Shown here piece by piece: positions 9,356-21,002 of a stretch of 64,000 nucleotides of DNA. A program made the translations under genes and the position numbers. Source of the stretch: a bacterium (GTDB lineage: Bacteria; Pseudomonadota; Gammaproteobacteria; GCA-002705445; GCA-002716945). A model generated the notes under the pieces. It did no database searches. It was not told the origin of the DNA and saw only the letters and a program-made list of their open reading frames with translations. The stretch spans positions 1,237-65,236 of the forward strand of contig JAPOHH010000006.1 of the NCBI GenBank assembly GCA_029979505.1. Direction: 5' to 3'. Positions within the stretch are counted from its first letter, which is position 1; each line of letters starts with the position of its first letter.

Positions 9356-11383
9356 ATGGATTTAATACCAATAATACTTGGATTTTTAGGTCTTCTAACG
9401 GCCTACATACTATACGCAGTAGTAAAGAAATACCCAGCTGGTGATAAAAATTTAACTGATATTTCGGATGAAATTCACTTAGGTGCAATGGCATTTATGA
9501 AGAAGGAATACTCTATTTTATTCATGTTTTCAATAATCTTGATATTTGGCATATATATAGGACTTGGTTTAGACAGCACAATTGCATTTATTGTTGGTGC
9601 TTTAAGTTCATCAATTACTGGGTTTATAGGTATGTACACTGCAACTAAAGCAAATGTTAGAACAGCAACTGCCGCACAAAATTCAGGTGTAAGTGATAGT
9701 CTATCGGTAGCTTTCTTTGGAGGCTCAATTATGGGACTAACAGTAGCAGCTATGGGACTACTTGGTCTTGGACTTCTATATATATTATATGGCTCTGATC
9801 CTGAAACTGCTTCTACCATACATGGCTTTGGTATGGGAGCATCTACAGTTGCATTATTTTCAAGAGTAGGTGGAGGTATCTTTACAAAATCAGCTGATGT
9901 TGGTGCTGATTTAGTAGGTAAAGTTGAAAAAAATATCCCGGAGGATGATCCTAGAAACCCTGGTGTTATTGCAGATAACGTAGGAGATAATGTTGGTGAT
10001 GTAGCCGGAATGGGTTCTGATATTTTCGAATCATATTGCGGTGCTATTATTGCAACAATAGCTATTGCATCAACAATGGTTCAGGCAGATTTAGTTCAGC
10101 TAGGAACAAGAGAAACGCTGATGTTTCTTCCCTTATCTCTAGCATCATTGGGATTGATATGCTCGATAATAGGTATTCTCATAATAAAGTCATTAGCTAC
10201 TAGACAAGGTAGTGATGAGACAAATATAGCAAATTCACTAAGAGGTGGAACTTTTGCTGCTGCAATTTCATTTATCATATTAGCTTACTTTCTGATTATT
10301 TCACTTGGTGTTACAGCAAATGCATTCTATGCAGTTTTATCCGGAACAGTTGGTGGAATTATAATTGGTCTAGTAACAGAATATTATACTGGTGGTGCAC
10401 CGGTTAGAAAAATTGCAGAACAAGGTCAAACCGGATCTGCAACTGTTATTACAACAGGCTTATCAATCGGCCTTCAATCTGTTGTGATTCCAATACTAAC
10501 TCTTGTTATTATTATTTTCTTATCAAATCATTTTGCTGGATTATATGGTGTTGGAATAGCTGCAGTAGGGATGTTGGCGACTGTAGGAATAACTATGGCT
10601 ATTGATGCCTATGGTCCTATCGCAGACAACGCAGGCGGAATAGCTGAAATGGGCGCACTTGGAGAAAATACTAGAAAAATCACTGACAGCCTTGATGAAG
10701 TAGGAAATACAACAGCTGCCATTGGAAAGGGTTTTGCTATAGGGGCAGCCGCACTAGCTGCTTTGGCTATAATAACTGCATTCGTTCAAGAGGTTAATCA
10801 TAGTCACACACTATCAGGAAAAGAACCAATAGAATTATTGCTCACTGATACAAATGTACTCATAGGCTTATTTATTGGGGGTATGATTCCATTTCTAGTA
10901 GGATCACTCACCATAACAGCTGTCGGCGATGCAGCGTACACAATGATCAATGAAATTAGAAGACAGTTTAGAGAAATTCCTGGCTTACTTGAAGGTACCG
11001 GTAAACCAGATAATCAAAAATGTGTAGAGATAGCTACAGAAGCTGCATTGAAAAAAATGGTACTTCCTGGAGCTATTGCTGTTTTCTCCCCAGTTATTGT
11101 AGGACTTGTGTTTGGTCCGGAAATGTTAGGAGGTCTTCTTGGTGGCGGACTAGTAAGCTGCATACTCCTAGCTCTTACAATGTCTAATGCCGGAGGTGCT
11201 TGGGACAATGCAAAAAAATACGTTGAGAAAGGTAATCATGGAGGTAAAGGATCTGATACACACAAAGCAACAGTAGTTGGAGATACAGTGGGTGATCCTT
11301 TAAAAGATACTTCAGGACCATCAATGAATATACTTATTAATGTTATGGCGATTGTAAGTCTTGTCATAGCGCCATTACTTTAA
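9356..11383 (+). CDS. hppA: Membrane-bound ion-translocating pyrophosphatase, K+-dependent type, probably Na+-pumping
   Basis: [44 protein letters not shown]; GNTTAA (Ala variant) and SDIFES. Confidence 0.93.
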   Translation: MDLIPIILGFLGLLTAYILYAVVKKYPAGDKNLTDISDEIHLGAMAFMKKEYSILFMFSIILIFGIYIGLGLDSTIAFIVGALSSSITGFIGMYTATKANVRTATAAQNSGVSDSLSVAFFGGSIMGLTVAAMGLLGLGLLYILYGSDPETASTIHGFGMGASTVALFSRVGGGIFTKSADVGADLVGKVEKNIPEDDPRNPGVIADNVGDNVGDVAGMGSDIFESYCGAIIATIAIASTMVQADLVQLGTRETLMFLPLSLASLGLICSIIGILIIKSLATRQGSDETNIANSLRGGTFAAAISFIILAYFLIISLGVTANAFYAVLSGTVGGIIIGLVTEYYTGGAPVRKIAEQGQTGSATVITTGLSIGLQSVVIPILTLVIIIFLSNHFAGLYGVGIAAVGMLATVGITMAIDAYGPIADNAGGIAEMGALGENTRKITDSLDEVGNTTAAIGKGFAIGAAALAALAIITAFVQEVNHSHTLSGKEPIELLLTDTNVLIGLFIGGMIPFLVGSLTITAVGDAAYTMINEIRRQFREIPGLLEGTGKPDNQKCVEIATEAALKKMVLPGAIAVFSPVIVGLVFGPEMLGGLLGGGLVSCILLALTMSNAGGAWDNAKKYVEKGNHGGKGSDTHKATVVGDTVGDPLKDTSGPSMNILINVMAIVSLVIAPLL

Positions 11384-11402
11384 ATAAAATAGGAGAACGA
11401 GA

Positions 11403-12047
11403 ATGAATGTACTTTTTTTAGGTGCGCCCGGATCAGGCAAAGGAACCCAATCAAAAAAAATTGAGACCGAGTTTAATATTCCTCAAATTTCAACAGGTGA
11501 TTTACTCCGAGCAGAGACAGCCTCGGGCTCCGACATGGGTGAAGAGTTAAAAAAAATAATGTCATCAGGAAAGTTTGTCAGCGATGAAGTTGTATTAGAA
11601 TTAGTTTCTAAAAAAATAACATCAGATGAATGTAAAAATGGCTTTATTTTAGATGGTTTCCCAAGAAATTTATCACAGGCATCTAGTCTAGATACGTTAT
11701 TAACTAATTTGAATGTTTCTCTAGAATATGTATTTTTAATAGATGTACCGACGGATCTTATAATAAAAAGATGTGTTGGAAGAGTCACATGTAACAAGTG
11801 CGGTAAAATAGAAAATGAATACTTCTCGGATATCAAAGAAGGTGATACATGTGAAGATGCGGGAGTTTATGTTAAAAGAGCTGACGATAATGAGGAAACT
11901 GTTACAAACAGACTAAAAGTATATGGCGAACAAACTGAGCCAATCATTAATTTTTATGAAGAAAAAGGGATATTACATAGAATTATAGGTGGTGAAGATG
12001 GTCCACAAAGATTAACTGACGAGATTATATCAATTATCAAAAGTTGA
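11403..12047 (+). CDS. adk: Adenylate kinase
   Basis: GAPGSGKGTQ P-loop, STGDLLR, DGFPR, KRADDNEE. Confidence 0.95.
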   Translation: MNVLFLGAPGSGKGTQSKKIETEFNIPQISTGDLLRAETASGSDMGEELKKIMSSGKFVSDEVVLELVSKKITSDECKNGFILDGFPRNLSQASSLDTLLTNLNVSLEYVFLIDVPTDLIIKRCVGRVTCNKCGKIENEYFSDIKEGDTCEDAGVYVKRADDNEETVTNRLKVYGEQTEPIINFYEEKGILHRIIGGEDGPQRLTDEIISIIKS

Positions 12048-12089
12048 ATATGTGACTGATGTAGTCAGAAGATGTTATAATTCAGCACA

Positions 12090-14783
12090 ATGAAGTTAAT
12101 CAGTTATCTTAAAGTACTACCTTTTTTAATTCTTGCACTAGCATCCATAAATACTAGTGCAAGCACAAATGGTTTTTTTAGTTCAATATCATCATATGTA
12201 GAAAAAACTCTCACTGAACACAGTGTAAAGCCATTTGTTATAGCTATCGAACAAGGCAAGCTAATAAGTGATGATAAGCTGAATAAAATCGACACAGGCT
12301 TGTCTAAAGAGCAAGTTCTATACCTACTTGGTAAACCATCTTTATCAAGTCCTTTTTTATCTGATCAGTGGAATTATCTATATTTTAACAACACAAATCA
12401 AAAAGAAGTAAGGAAACTTACTATTCATTTTAAAAATGAAAAGGTTTATGAAGTTCTAGTTCAAAATGAAATCTATAAAAAAGTTGGATTGAAAATTACT
12501 GAAGCACCATCACTAAACAATGGACCTATCTATGTGCAAGAGTTAAATGCTGAGGATGATATCAAACCTATAGTATTAACTGTAGAGAATAATATGACAT
12601 CAAAAAATGTAGCAGATGTCTGTAATGTTAATGATTTCCAAACATTTGCGGATGTAAGAACATTGTATGATAGTGATGATACAACGCTAGAAATAAGAGC
12701 TGATAATCAGAGTCAAATTGAAAGTGAATTTAAAGCAGAAGGAAATGCTGAAGCGGAAAGAGAAAAGGATCTCTTAAGAGCTGATACAATAATTTATAAT
12801 ACATCTAATAAAAATCTATCAGCATCTGGAAATGTAAAATATTTCGAACAAGACATATCAGTTTATTCAAAAAACGCAAACTACTTAAGCAGTAAAAATG
12901 AAATTAACTTTTCTAAGGCTAAATATTACTTATCTGATAAAAGTGGCTCGGGTAATGCGGATGATATTCTTATTAAAGGTAACAAAGATATAATTTTGAA
13001 AGATGGAACATTTACTTCATGTAGTATCGCTGATCCAGACTGGGAGCTTACATCAACAACTACAACACTGTACAATGATATAGACAGGGGTCATTCTTAT
13101 AATATGTTGCTTAAATATAAAAATGTTCCTGTATTCTACTCACCATTTATAAGTTTTCCGTTATCAGATGATAGACAATCCGGTATATTAACACCCTCTT
13201 TTGGATCCGCTGGAGATAGTGGAACATATTTTTCCGTTCCATATTATTTTAACCTTGCAAAAAATTATGACTTAACTGTTGAAGTAAAATCACTGAGTGA
13301 TCGTGGGATTTTTATTGATAATGAATTTAGATACCTAGGTTCCAAAGGCTCATCGCTGATCAATTTTACACATTTAGAAAATGATGATGAATTTGGTGAT
13401 GACAGATATTTATATTCACTGAATGATAAAAGGAGTTTAATAGATACCTTAAATAGATCAGGACAATCAACTAATGGAATGACATTGAATACTAATATTT
13501 CATATAGCCGAGTGTCAGATATAGATTATTTCGATGACTTTGGGAATTCTTTGAGTACGGCAAGTCAATCAAGCGTAAAAAGAGACCTAAGAATATTCGG
13601 AGCAAAATATCTAAATAATAACAAACTGAATTATGAAATATCTTCGGTTACATATCAGCCATCGCAATCGGGAGTTTCAGAACAGTATGAAACCAGTCCA
13701 TCAATACTGCTTAACTATAATAATATTGAGACTAATGAAAGATATATATATAGCATCAAAACCAGATTTGATGAATTTAAGCATAAAGATAATTCAAAAG
13801 TTGAGGGAAGTAGGTATGTACTTTATCCAAGTTTGCAAATGCCTATAATTAGAGAAGGTTGGGAGTTGCATCCTAAACTAGGAATTAGATATATTGATTA
13901 CAGTCTAAATAATAGCTCGAATAGTTCATCATCTAAAACTACACCAATTGCTAGTCTGAGAGGTAAATTATATTTTGATAAACAGATTGGAGACAGATTA
14001 TATACAATGGAACCAGAAGCATATCTATTATATGTTCCTGTGGGGAATCAAGACAATAATCCTATTTTTGATAGTGGACTAAAAGAATTTAAATATTCAC
14101 TATTTTCTGAGAATCAGTTTTACGGGGAAGACAGGCTTAACGATGCTAAACAATTAGCTTTAGCTTTAACGCACAGAATAATTGATGAAGACTCTGGTAA
14201 TGAACTTTTTACTGGTACAATCGGACAGATATTATACTTTGACGATCGAGATGTTCATTTAACATCTGGAACCAAAAAACACTCTGACGCATCAAATATA
14301 ATTGGTTTAGTTAGTGCACAAATTAGTGAAAAAAGTCTTCTATCACTTGGTTCTGTTTTTAATCCTCATGCCGGACATGGAATGAGGAGTGCATTTAGAT
14401 ACCGTTACAACAACAGCACAGGCTTTAGAAATAAAATCTTTAACGCTGATTATAGATTTATTAGAGGTGATGAAGAAGAAATAGATTTATCTGGTGTTTA
14501 TTCTTTTAATAGGAACTTATCGGTTGTTGGAAAATTTAATTATTCATTCTCAAATAATAGAGCCAATGCAGAAGATTTAATTGATACCATGTTTGGTATT
14601 GAAATGAATAGCTGCTGCTATGCTATGAAAATAGTTGCGAGAGACTACTGGACTGGTACAAAAAAAGATAATATTTTATATTTTGAATTTTTACCAAAAG
14701 GATTAACAACAACAAACAACAGCACAGCGTCGCTTCTCAGAGAGGGTATACCTGGCTATGAGGATAAAACCAAATATGAATAA
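12090..14783 (+). CDS. lptD: LPS assembly protein LptD carrying an extra N-terminal BamE/SmpA-like domain
   Basis: aa 47-122 resemble SmpA/OmlA; remainder LptD: FTSCS..W, RQSGILTP, PYYFNLAKNYD, terminal SCCY Cys pair; first gene before surA-pdxA-rsmA. Confidence 0.88.
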   Translation: MKLISYLKVLPFLILALASINTSASTNGFFSSISSYVEKTLTEHSVKPFVIAIEQGKLISDDKLNKIDTGLSKEQVLYLLGKPSLSSPFLSDQWNYLYFNNTNQKEVRKLTIHFKNEKVYEVLVQNEIYKKVGLKITEAPSLNNGPIYVQELNAEDDIKPIVLTVENNMTSKNVADVCNVNDFQTFADVRTLYDSDDTTLEIRADNQSQIESEFKAEGNAEAEREKDLLRADTIIYNTSNKNLSASGNVKYFEQDISVYSKNANYLSSKNEINFSKAKYYLSDKSGSGNADDILIKGNKDIILKDGTFTSCSIADPDWELTSTTTTLYNDIDRGHSYNMLLKYKNVPVFYSPFISFPLSDDRQSGILTPSFGSAGDSGTYFSVPYYFNLAKNYDLTVEVKSLSDRGIFIDNEFRYLGSKGSSLINFTHLENDDEFGDDRYLYSLNDKRSLIDTLNRSGQSTNGMTLNTNISYSRVSDIDYFDDFGNSLSTASQSSVKRDLRIFGAKYLNNNKLNYEISSVTYQPSQSGVSEQYETSPSILLNYNNIETNERYIYSIKTRFDEFKHKDNSKVEGSRYVLYPSLQMPIIREGWELHPKLGIRYIDYSLNNSSNSSSSKTTPIASLRGKLYFDKQIGDRLYTMEPEAYLLYVPVGNQDNNPIFDSGLKEFKYSLFSENQFYGEDRLNDAKQLALALTHRIIDEDSGNELFTGTIGQILYFDDRDVHLTSGTKKHSDASNIIGLVSAQISEKSLLSLGSVFNPHAGHGMRSAFRYRYNNSTGFRNKIFNADYRFIRGDEEEIDLSGVYSFNRNLSVVGKFNYSFSNNRANAEDLIDTMFGIEMNSCCYAMKIVARDYWTGTKKDNILYFEFLPKGLTTTNNSTASLLREGIPGYEDKTKYE

Positions 14784-15996
14784 AAGTGTGTTGGTAACAT
14801 TATTATTTATGCTTACTCTAAGCATTGAGTCTTTCTCATATGAGGATAAGATTATTGCAATTGTAAACGATAATGTAGTTCTTGAGTCAGAACTTGCTGA
14901 GAAGCTTGATTCCATAAATTCACAGAATATGAATAAACTACAGTTAACTAAACTAAGAAATGATGTATTAGGTAAATTGATAGAGGAATCTTTATTAGAA
15001 CAGGCTGCAAACAGATTAGGAATAAATATCTCAGATATAGATTTGAGAAATGCAGTAAAACAGATTGCTCAAAGTCAGAACTTAACAGTGCTTCAACTTA
15101 AAGATGCGGTGGAAGCACAAAATATAAGCTACCCAAAATATCTGGATAATCTTAGAAAAAAAATACAAATTCAAGAACTATTTAGAACTCAATTCACTAG
15201 CAGAGCATATATATCTGAAGAAGAACTAAAAAGTTACTTGAAGAATAATAATCGGACAAATGAGATAGATGCTAAAATCAACCTTACCGAATATCTCATA
15301 GAAGATGAAGATAATAGAATAGATTCTGCAAAGATAGATATTATTGTTAGAAGCCTAAAAGTTAATGGTTATGCAGATACTGAGAAAAGATATCCAAATT
15401 ATAAAATAGTTATTAATAATATGAAGGATGTTTTACTAAAAAATCTCCCTGATATATATCAAAGCAACTTAAAAATTCTAGATGCAAAAAAGTTTAGTAA
15501 TTTTTTTAGGACTGGAAAAGGATATGTCTTATTAAAGGTAGACAGTGATGATATTTTAGTAGAAGAATACAAAGTAAGTCATATATTATTGAAAACTAAT
15601 CCGATGGAAGATAATGAATATATAAAAAATAAACTCTATGAAATTAAGAATCAAGCAATAAAAAATAATGATTTCTCTGGTTATGCTAGAAAACACTCCC
15701 TGGATTCTGCTTCTGCGATAAAAGGCGGCTCATTGGGATGGATAGAAAAAAAATTAGTTGTACCAAAATTTGGATCTGTAATGGCGACTATAGCAATAGG
15801 AGAAATTAGCGAACCATTCAAAACTCAATATGGATGGCATATTTTGTATTTGGAAGACAAAAGAACTAGAAATATTACAGATAATTTAATTAGAAATAAA
15901 GCTGTTAGTGTACTTAAAGAAAGGAAGGTCAAAGTTGCAAAAAGGGAATGGTTGACAAAATTGAAAGATCAAGCATACATCGAAATTGTAGAATGA
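14776..15996 (+). CDS. surA: Periplasmic chaperone SurA
   Basis: DKIIAIVNDNVVLESEL N-domain; YKVSHILLK..FSGYARKHSLD..GGSLGW..PFKTQYGWHI parvulin domain; start placed at second Met. Confidence 0.88.
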   Translation: MNKSVLVTLLFMLTLSIESFSYEDKIIAIVNDNVVLESELAEKLDSINSQNMNKLQLTKLRNDVLGKLIEESLLEQAANRLGINISDIDLRNAVKQIAQSQNLTVLQLKDAVEAQNISYPKYLDNLRKKIQIQELFRTQFTSRAYISEEELKSYLKNNNRTNEIDAKINLTEYLIEDEDNRIDSAKIDIIVRSLKVNGYADTEKRYPNYKIVINNMKDVLLKNLPDIYQSNLKILDAKKFSNFFRTGKGYVLLKVDSDDILVEEYKVSHILLKTNPMEDNEYIKNKLYEIKNQAIKNNDFSGYARKHSLDSASAIKGGSLGWIEKKLVVPKFGSVMATIAIGEISEPFKTQYGWHILYLEDKRTRNITDNLIRNKAVSVLKERKVKVAKREWLTKLKDQAYIEIVE

Positions 15997-16973
15997 GTAA
16001 AAATATTGCAATCACACTTGGCGATCCTGGAGGTATTGGCCCCGACATAGCGGTTATGATGGCCGAAAAGCATATAAAGAGCCACCATATCATTTTAACA
16101 GATCCTAAACTGCTAATTGAAAGCTCTAAAAATCTTAATATAAAAATTACTATCAATGAACTTAAAGACATAAATGATAGCCCCTTAAGAAAGAAAGGTA
16201 TACTGAATGTCCTACCCATTAAGTTAATAAAAAAAAATAAACCAGGATATATGAATCCTGAGAATGCTCCTTTTGTCATAAATGCAATTGAAGAAGCAGC
16301 AAAAGGATGTTTGAATAAAAATTTTGGTGCTATGGTTACAGGTCCAATATCCAAGTACATTCTTAATAAAGGCGGATTCAAGATTTCCGGGCATACAGAG
16401 TTTCTTGCTAAGATATGTAAATCAAAATCAATAATGATGCTGATGAATGATAGATTGAAAGTAACTTTACAGACTATACATATTCCTCTTCATAAGGTTT
16501 CGAAGAATATCACTCAGAAAAATATTATCGAGAAAGTTACAATCATAAATGATGATATGAAAAATAAATTTGGATATAAAAAACCTAGAATACTAGTCTG
16601 TGGTCTGAATCCACATGCTGGTGAGGATGGCATTCTAGGCAATGAGGAGATTGATATTATCAAGCCTGCAGTGAAATTGTTAAGGAAGTCAGGAATTGAT
16701 ATTGACGGTCCTGTTCCTGCAGATACAGCTTTTATTGAAAAGTTTATTAGCCAATATGATGTAATACATACAATGTATCATGACCAGGGATTACCTGTAA
16801 TAAAATATGATGATTTTAGTAAAACTACAAATGTAACACTTGGTCTTCCTATTACACGAGTATCTGTTGATCACGGCACAGCTACAGAACTTGTTGGCAA
16901 AGGTACAGTCAATATTTCAAGCTTTGTTCAAGCACTTAAAGTTGCTAGAGATATTATAAAAAGTGCATCATAA
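15993..16973 (+). CDS. pdxA: 4-hydroxythreonine-4-phosphate dehydrogenase
   Basis: IAITLGDPGGIGPD, SGHTEFL, GLNPHAGE, MYHDQGL, RVSVDHGTA; start placed at ATG 15993. Confidence 0.93.
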   Translation: MSKNIAITLGDPGGIGPDIAVMMAEKHIKSHHIILTDPKLLIESSKNLNIKITINELKDINDSPLRKKGILNVLPIKLIKKNKPGYMNPENAPFVINAIEEAAKGCLNKNFGAMVTGPISKYILNKGGFKISGHTEFLAKICKSKSIMMLMNDRLKVTLQTIHIPLHKVSKNITQKNIIEKVTIINDDMKNKFGYKKPRILVCGLNPHAGEDGILGNEEIDIIKPAVKLLRKSGIDIDGPVPADTAFIEKFISQYDVIHTMYHDQGLPVIKYDDFSKTTNVTLGLPITRVSVDHGTATELVGKGTVNISSFVQALKVARDIIKSAS

Positions 16974-17727
16974 AAAGAAACTCGGCCAACACTTCTTGGT
17001 AGATCAGAACATAATAAATAAATTAGTAAAATATATTGCACCACATCAGAATGATATAGTTTTAGAAATAGGACCTGGTGATGGCGCATTGTCTAAAGCA
17101 ATTATTCCATTAATAAGAAAGTTTTATCTTATAGAAAAAGATAAGGACTTATTAAACGAACTTAATTTTCTTTTCGATGAAAACCCAAACGGAACAATTA
17201 TAAATTGTGATATTTTAGGATTTGACTTTTCATCTATACAGGAGAAGTTAAGGGTGATAGGTAATCTTCCTTACAACATATCAACAGAAATAATTTTCAT
17301 GATATGTAAAATTAGAAATATTACAGATATACATTTTATGTTACAAAAAGAAGTTGTAGACCGAATAATCTCAAATCCTAATACTAAAACTTATGGAAGA
17401 CTAAGTGTGATGACACAAGCCTACTTTTATACTACCAAGCTGTTTGATATTTCAGAAAATGTTTTTATGCCTAAGCCAAAAGTAAAATCATCATTCATAA
17501 GATTATTACCTAAAGAATTTATTTTTGATGATAATTATCATGAGAAAATATTTTATAATATTGTAAAAAAGGCTTTTGAAGGGAGAAGAAAAATGATTAG
17601 AAGCTCGCTTAATGAATATTTTAATGAAAAAGATTTTGATATTATCCAAATTGATGCTAAAAAAAGAGCAGAAAATCTTAATATTGATGATTATCTGCTT
17701 CTTAGTCGTTATGTTAATAAAAATTAG
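16963..17727 (+). CDS. rsmA: 16S rRNA m6,2A dimethyltransferase
   Basis: KKLGQHFL, EIGPGDG, GNLPYNIST, FMLQKEV, YGRLSV. Confidence 0.95.
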   Translation: MHHKKKLGQHFLVDQNIINKLVKYIAPHQNDIVLEIGPGDGALSKAIIPLIRKFYLIEKDKDLLNELNFLFDENPNGTIINCDILGFDFSSIQEKLRVIGNLPYNISTEIIFMICKIRNITDIHFMLQKEVVDRIISNPNTKTYGRLSVMTQAYFYTTKLFDISENVFMPKPKVKSSFIRLLPKEFIFDDNYHEKIFYNIVKKAFEGRRKMIRSSLNEYFNEKDFDIIQIDAKKRAENLNIDDYLLLSRYVNKN

Positions 17728-18379
17728 TACTTTTATATTATTCTATAATTTCTTATATCATTATTTTGATTTTTTTATGTGGTATCTTAGTGATAACCAG
17801 ATTCAAATTGAGTATGCATTCCAAAAAGGTTCATTAGCTTTTATAGCTATGTTGTTTTTTATAATCTTCACCCACATCGCTTTTTTCCCAAAACAACTTA
17901 TTGATGCTCCTAAAATAAAAACATTTCCTCCATTGATAATGCTTTTTTCAATGAATTTAGGATTTGGAATTGGAATATATAATCTGTATGTATCTCAATT
18001 ATATTCTCTTCCGAACTTTCTTGACTATTTAAGATCGAGAGAATTAGGCATAGCATTGATATTATCATCTTTTATGCTTATTTATTTTTCAGTTAAGCTA
18101 TTTAAACACCATCAAGAAGATCCAAATCCAACTAATAAATCAAATAAACTTATTACGAGTGGAATTTTCAAACATATTAGAAATCCAATGTATCTGTCAC
18201 TGATATGTTTTCAATTAGGTATAGGCGCTTTACTAAGCTTCATTCATATTAGCTTATTTTCAATAATAACATTCTGTATCTTACATTTTCATATAGTTAA
18301 AAATGAAGAAACTTATTTAAGAAAAAAATTTGGTGAGCACTATATTTTATATATGAAGAGTTCAAGAAGATGGATTTGA
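17711..18379 (+). CDS. Isoprenylcysteine carboxyl methyltransferase / PEMT-like membrane protein (start uncertain, 17711 or 17777)
   Basis: LITSGIFKHIRNPMY and [25 protein letters not shown]-terminal motifs; multiple TM segments. Confidence 0.75.
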   Translation: MLIKISTFILFYNFLYHYFDFFMWYLSDNQIQIEYAFQKGSLAFIAMLFFIIFTHIAFFPKQLIDAPKIKTFPPLIMLFSMNLGFGIGIYNLYVSQLYSLPNFLDYLRSRELGIALILSSFMLIYFSVKLFKHHQEDPNPTNKSNKLITSGIFKHIRNPMYLSLICFQLGIGALLSFIHISLFSIITFCILHFHIVKNEETYLRKKFGEHYILYMKSSRRWI

Positions 18380-20956
18380 TTGAAGCTGATTGTAATCTTG
18401 AGAAAATATAAGTTTTTCATCCTTGAAAGAAAAAACATAACTACATCCCTTAACAATCTCATCTGAGATAATAAATCTTGATAATTTATTTTCTATAAGT
18501 GTTTGAATCCTTCTTTTTATAGGTCTTGCACCGTATATATTATTGTCTCCGATTTTAGAAATATTATTTATAACTGATTGGTCAAATGTGATATGAATAT
18601 TTAATTCATTTCTTATTCTAGTAGAAAGCTCATGGAGTTGTCTTAGAGTTATTTTGTTTAGATCATCTTTTGACAATTGGTTAAAAGCAATTATATCATC
18701 TATTCTGTTTATAAATTCAGGTTTGAAACTAGCCTCTATAACATCTTTAATTTTGTCTTTGATATTAATTTTTGATTGAGTAAAGTGCTCTGCCCCAAGA
18801 TTAGATGTCATAATGATAATAGTATTTTTAAAATCAACTACTCTACCCTGTCCATCCGTTAATCGTCCATCATCAAACACTTGTAGAAGTATATTTAATA
18901 TCTCAGGATGAGCTTTTTCAATTTCATCGAGAAGTATTACAGAATAGGGTTTTCTTCTTATAATCTCTGTTAGTGCTCCACCTTGTTCATATCCAATATA
19001 GCCAGGAGGTGATCCAATGAGTCTTGAAACGTTATGTTTTTCTGAAAACTCTGACATATCAAATCTGACAAGAGAATCATGATTATCAAATAACGCTGAC
19101 GATAATTCTTTTGTAAGTTCTGTTTTTCCAACTCCAGTAGGACCTAGAAATAAAAATACGCCATTAGGTCTATGGGGATCTGATATTCCAGCACGCGATC
19201 TTCTAATTGCATTACTCACTGAACTCACAGCACTGTCTTGACCTATAATTGAAAGTGCTAATTTATTCTCAAGATTTAATAATTTTGTCTTCTCAGACAT
19301 CATCATTGTAGATACTGGAATACCTGTCCATCTTGAGACTACTGTAGCAACTATTTCTTCAGTAACTTTATTACGAAGCATATTCAAACTTTGATAATCA
19401 GTTTTATCTGAATCTTTAATTTTATTTTCTATTGTTGGTATTACTCCATGTTTTAGTTCTGCCATTTTCATTAAATCTGAGTTTCTTTTAGCTGTATCTA
19501 GTTCACGTCTAGCTATCTCTAGTTGAGTTTTTAATTCATTAGCAGTTGTAAGAATTTCCTTGTCTTTAGTCCAAACTTTCTCTAACTGTTGATATTTTGA
19601 TTCTAATTTTTCTAATTTGTCCTTTATTTTTTCTTTTGCTTCAGTCGCTTCATCAGCGTTTTTATCTAGAGCTTTTTCTTCTATTTTCAAAGTAATTATT
19701 TTTCTTTCTAGTTCATCTAAGTCTTCAGGTTTAGAATCAATTTCAATCCTAATTAAACTAGCTGCTTCATCAATAAGGTCAATTGCTTTATCTGGTAAGT
19801 TTCTGTCGGGAATATATTTAGTTGATAATCTTACTGCAGCGATAATTGATGAGTCTAAAATAGATACTCCATGATGAATTTCATACTTATCTTTTATTCC
19901 TCTCAAAATAGCAACTGTATCCTCTTCAGATGGTTGCTCGATTAAAACTTTTTGAAATCGTCTTTCTAGAGCAGGATCTTTTTCAATGTTTTCTCTAAAC
20001 TCATCAAGTGTAGTAGCTCCTATACAATGCAATTCACCTCGAGCTAATGCAGGTTTTAACATGTTTCCAGCATCCATAGACCCCTCAGCCTTACCTGCTC
20101 CAACCATAGTATGAATTTCATCAATAAATAATATATATTGATCATTATTTTGTTCAATTTCTTTGATTACAGTTTTTAACCTCTCTTCAAAGTCACCTCT
20201 AAATTTTGATCCTGCTAACATTGCAGCAAGATCTAATTGCATAATTGTCTTATTCTTCAAACCAGATGGAACTTCATTATTAATAATTCTTTGAGCTAAA
20301 CCCTCTATAATAGCTGTTTTACCAACTCCAGGATCACCTATAAGTATAGGATTATTCTTAGTTCTCCTTTGAAGTACTTGAATAGTTCTTCTAATTTCTG
20401 TGTCTCTTCCTATTACTGGATCAAGCTTGCCTTGATTTGCTCTTTCTGTGACATTAATTAAATATTCTGACAATGAATTTTTAATATCTTCAGATGATGA
20501 TGTATCAATTTTATTATTTTCTCTATCTAATGAAATTATTTTCTGTAACTCACTAATATCTACATCAAGCTTTTCATGAATAAAATTTGATTCATCTTTA
20601 TTTTCTAATATGGCTAATATGATTAAATCAGTTGCGACAAATTTGTCACCTAATTCATAGGCTTTATTTTGTGCGTTTTTTAATATATTTGACAAATTAA
20701 CTGTCAGTTCTGTTTTATCAATATTAGTGCTTGATGTAGGAAATAGTTTAATTTTATTTCTAATAGCTTTTTTTAGTTTATTCATATCCAAACCAAGTTT
20801 TACAAGTAGTGATTTTCCTAGACATGAAGTCTCAACAATTGATTCAAGAATATGAGCAGTATCAATATGTAAGTTTTTATTGTTTTGAACTTTTCCTTGA
20901 GAAATAGTAAATATTTCCCTAACTTTATCTGTAAAATTAATATTATTTATATCCAT
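18362..20956 (-). CDS. clpB: Chaperone/disaggregase ClpB
   Basis: Two AAA+ modules ([16 protein letters not shown]), LDPVIGRD, coiled-coil M domain, 864 aa. Confidence 0.95.
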   Translation of the reverse strand: MDINNINFTDKVREIFTISQGKVQNNKNLHIDTAHILESIVETSCLGKSLLVKLGLDMNKLKKAIRNKIKLFPTSSTNIDKTELTVNLSNILKNAQNKAYELGDKFVATDLIILAILENKDESNFIHEKLDVDISELQKIISLDRENNKIDTSSSEDIKNSLSEYLINVTERANQGKLDPVIGRDTEIRRTIQVLQRRTKNNPILIGDPGVGKTAIIEGLAQRIINNEVPSGLKNKTIMQLDLAAMLAGSKFRGDFEERLKTVIKEIEQNNDQYILFIDEIHTMVGAGKAEGSMDAGNMLKPALARGELHCIGATTLDEFRENIEKDPALERRFQKVLIEQPSEEDTVAILRGIKDKYEIHHGVSILDSSIIAAVRLSTKYIPDRNLPDKAIDLIDEAASLIRIEIDSKPEDLDELERKIITLKIEEKALDKNADEATEAKEKIKDKLEKLESKYQQLEKVWTKDKEILTTANELKTQLEIARRELDTAKRNSDLMKMAELKHGVIPTIENKIKDSDKTDYQSLNMLRNKVTEEIVATVVSRWTGIPVSTMMMSEKTKLLNLENKLALSIIGQDSAVSSVSNAIRRSRAGISDPHRPNGVFLFLGPTGVGKTELTKELSSALFDNHDSLVRFDMSEFSEKHNVSRLIGSPPGYIGYEQGGALTEIIRRKPYSVILLDEIEKAHPEILNILLQVFDDGRLTDGQGRVVDFKNTIIIMTSNLGAEHFTQSKINIKDKIKDVIEASFKPEFINRIDDIIAFNQLSKDDLNKITLRQLHELSTRIRNELNIHITFDQSVINNISKIGDNNIYGARPIKRRIQTLIENKLSRFIISDEIVKGCSYVFSFKDEKLIFSQDYNQLQSNPSS

Positions 20957-21002
20957 GCAATAAATGTAAGGACTAATTTTAAAAAAACAAGATTAGGTAA
21001 TG

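Noticed and set aside
17612-17710. N-terminal extension of the ICMT-like ORF
   Set aside because: Overlaps rsmA by more than 100 nt in another frame; a later start is more plausible
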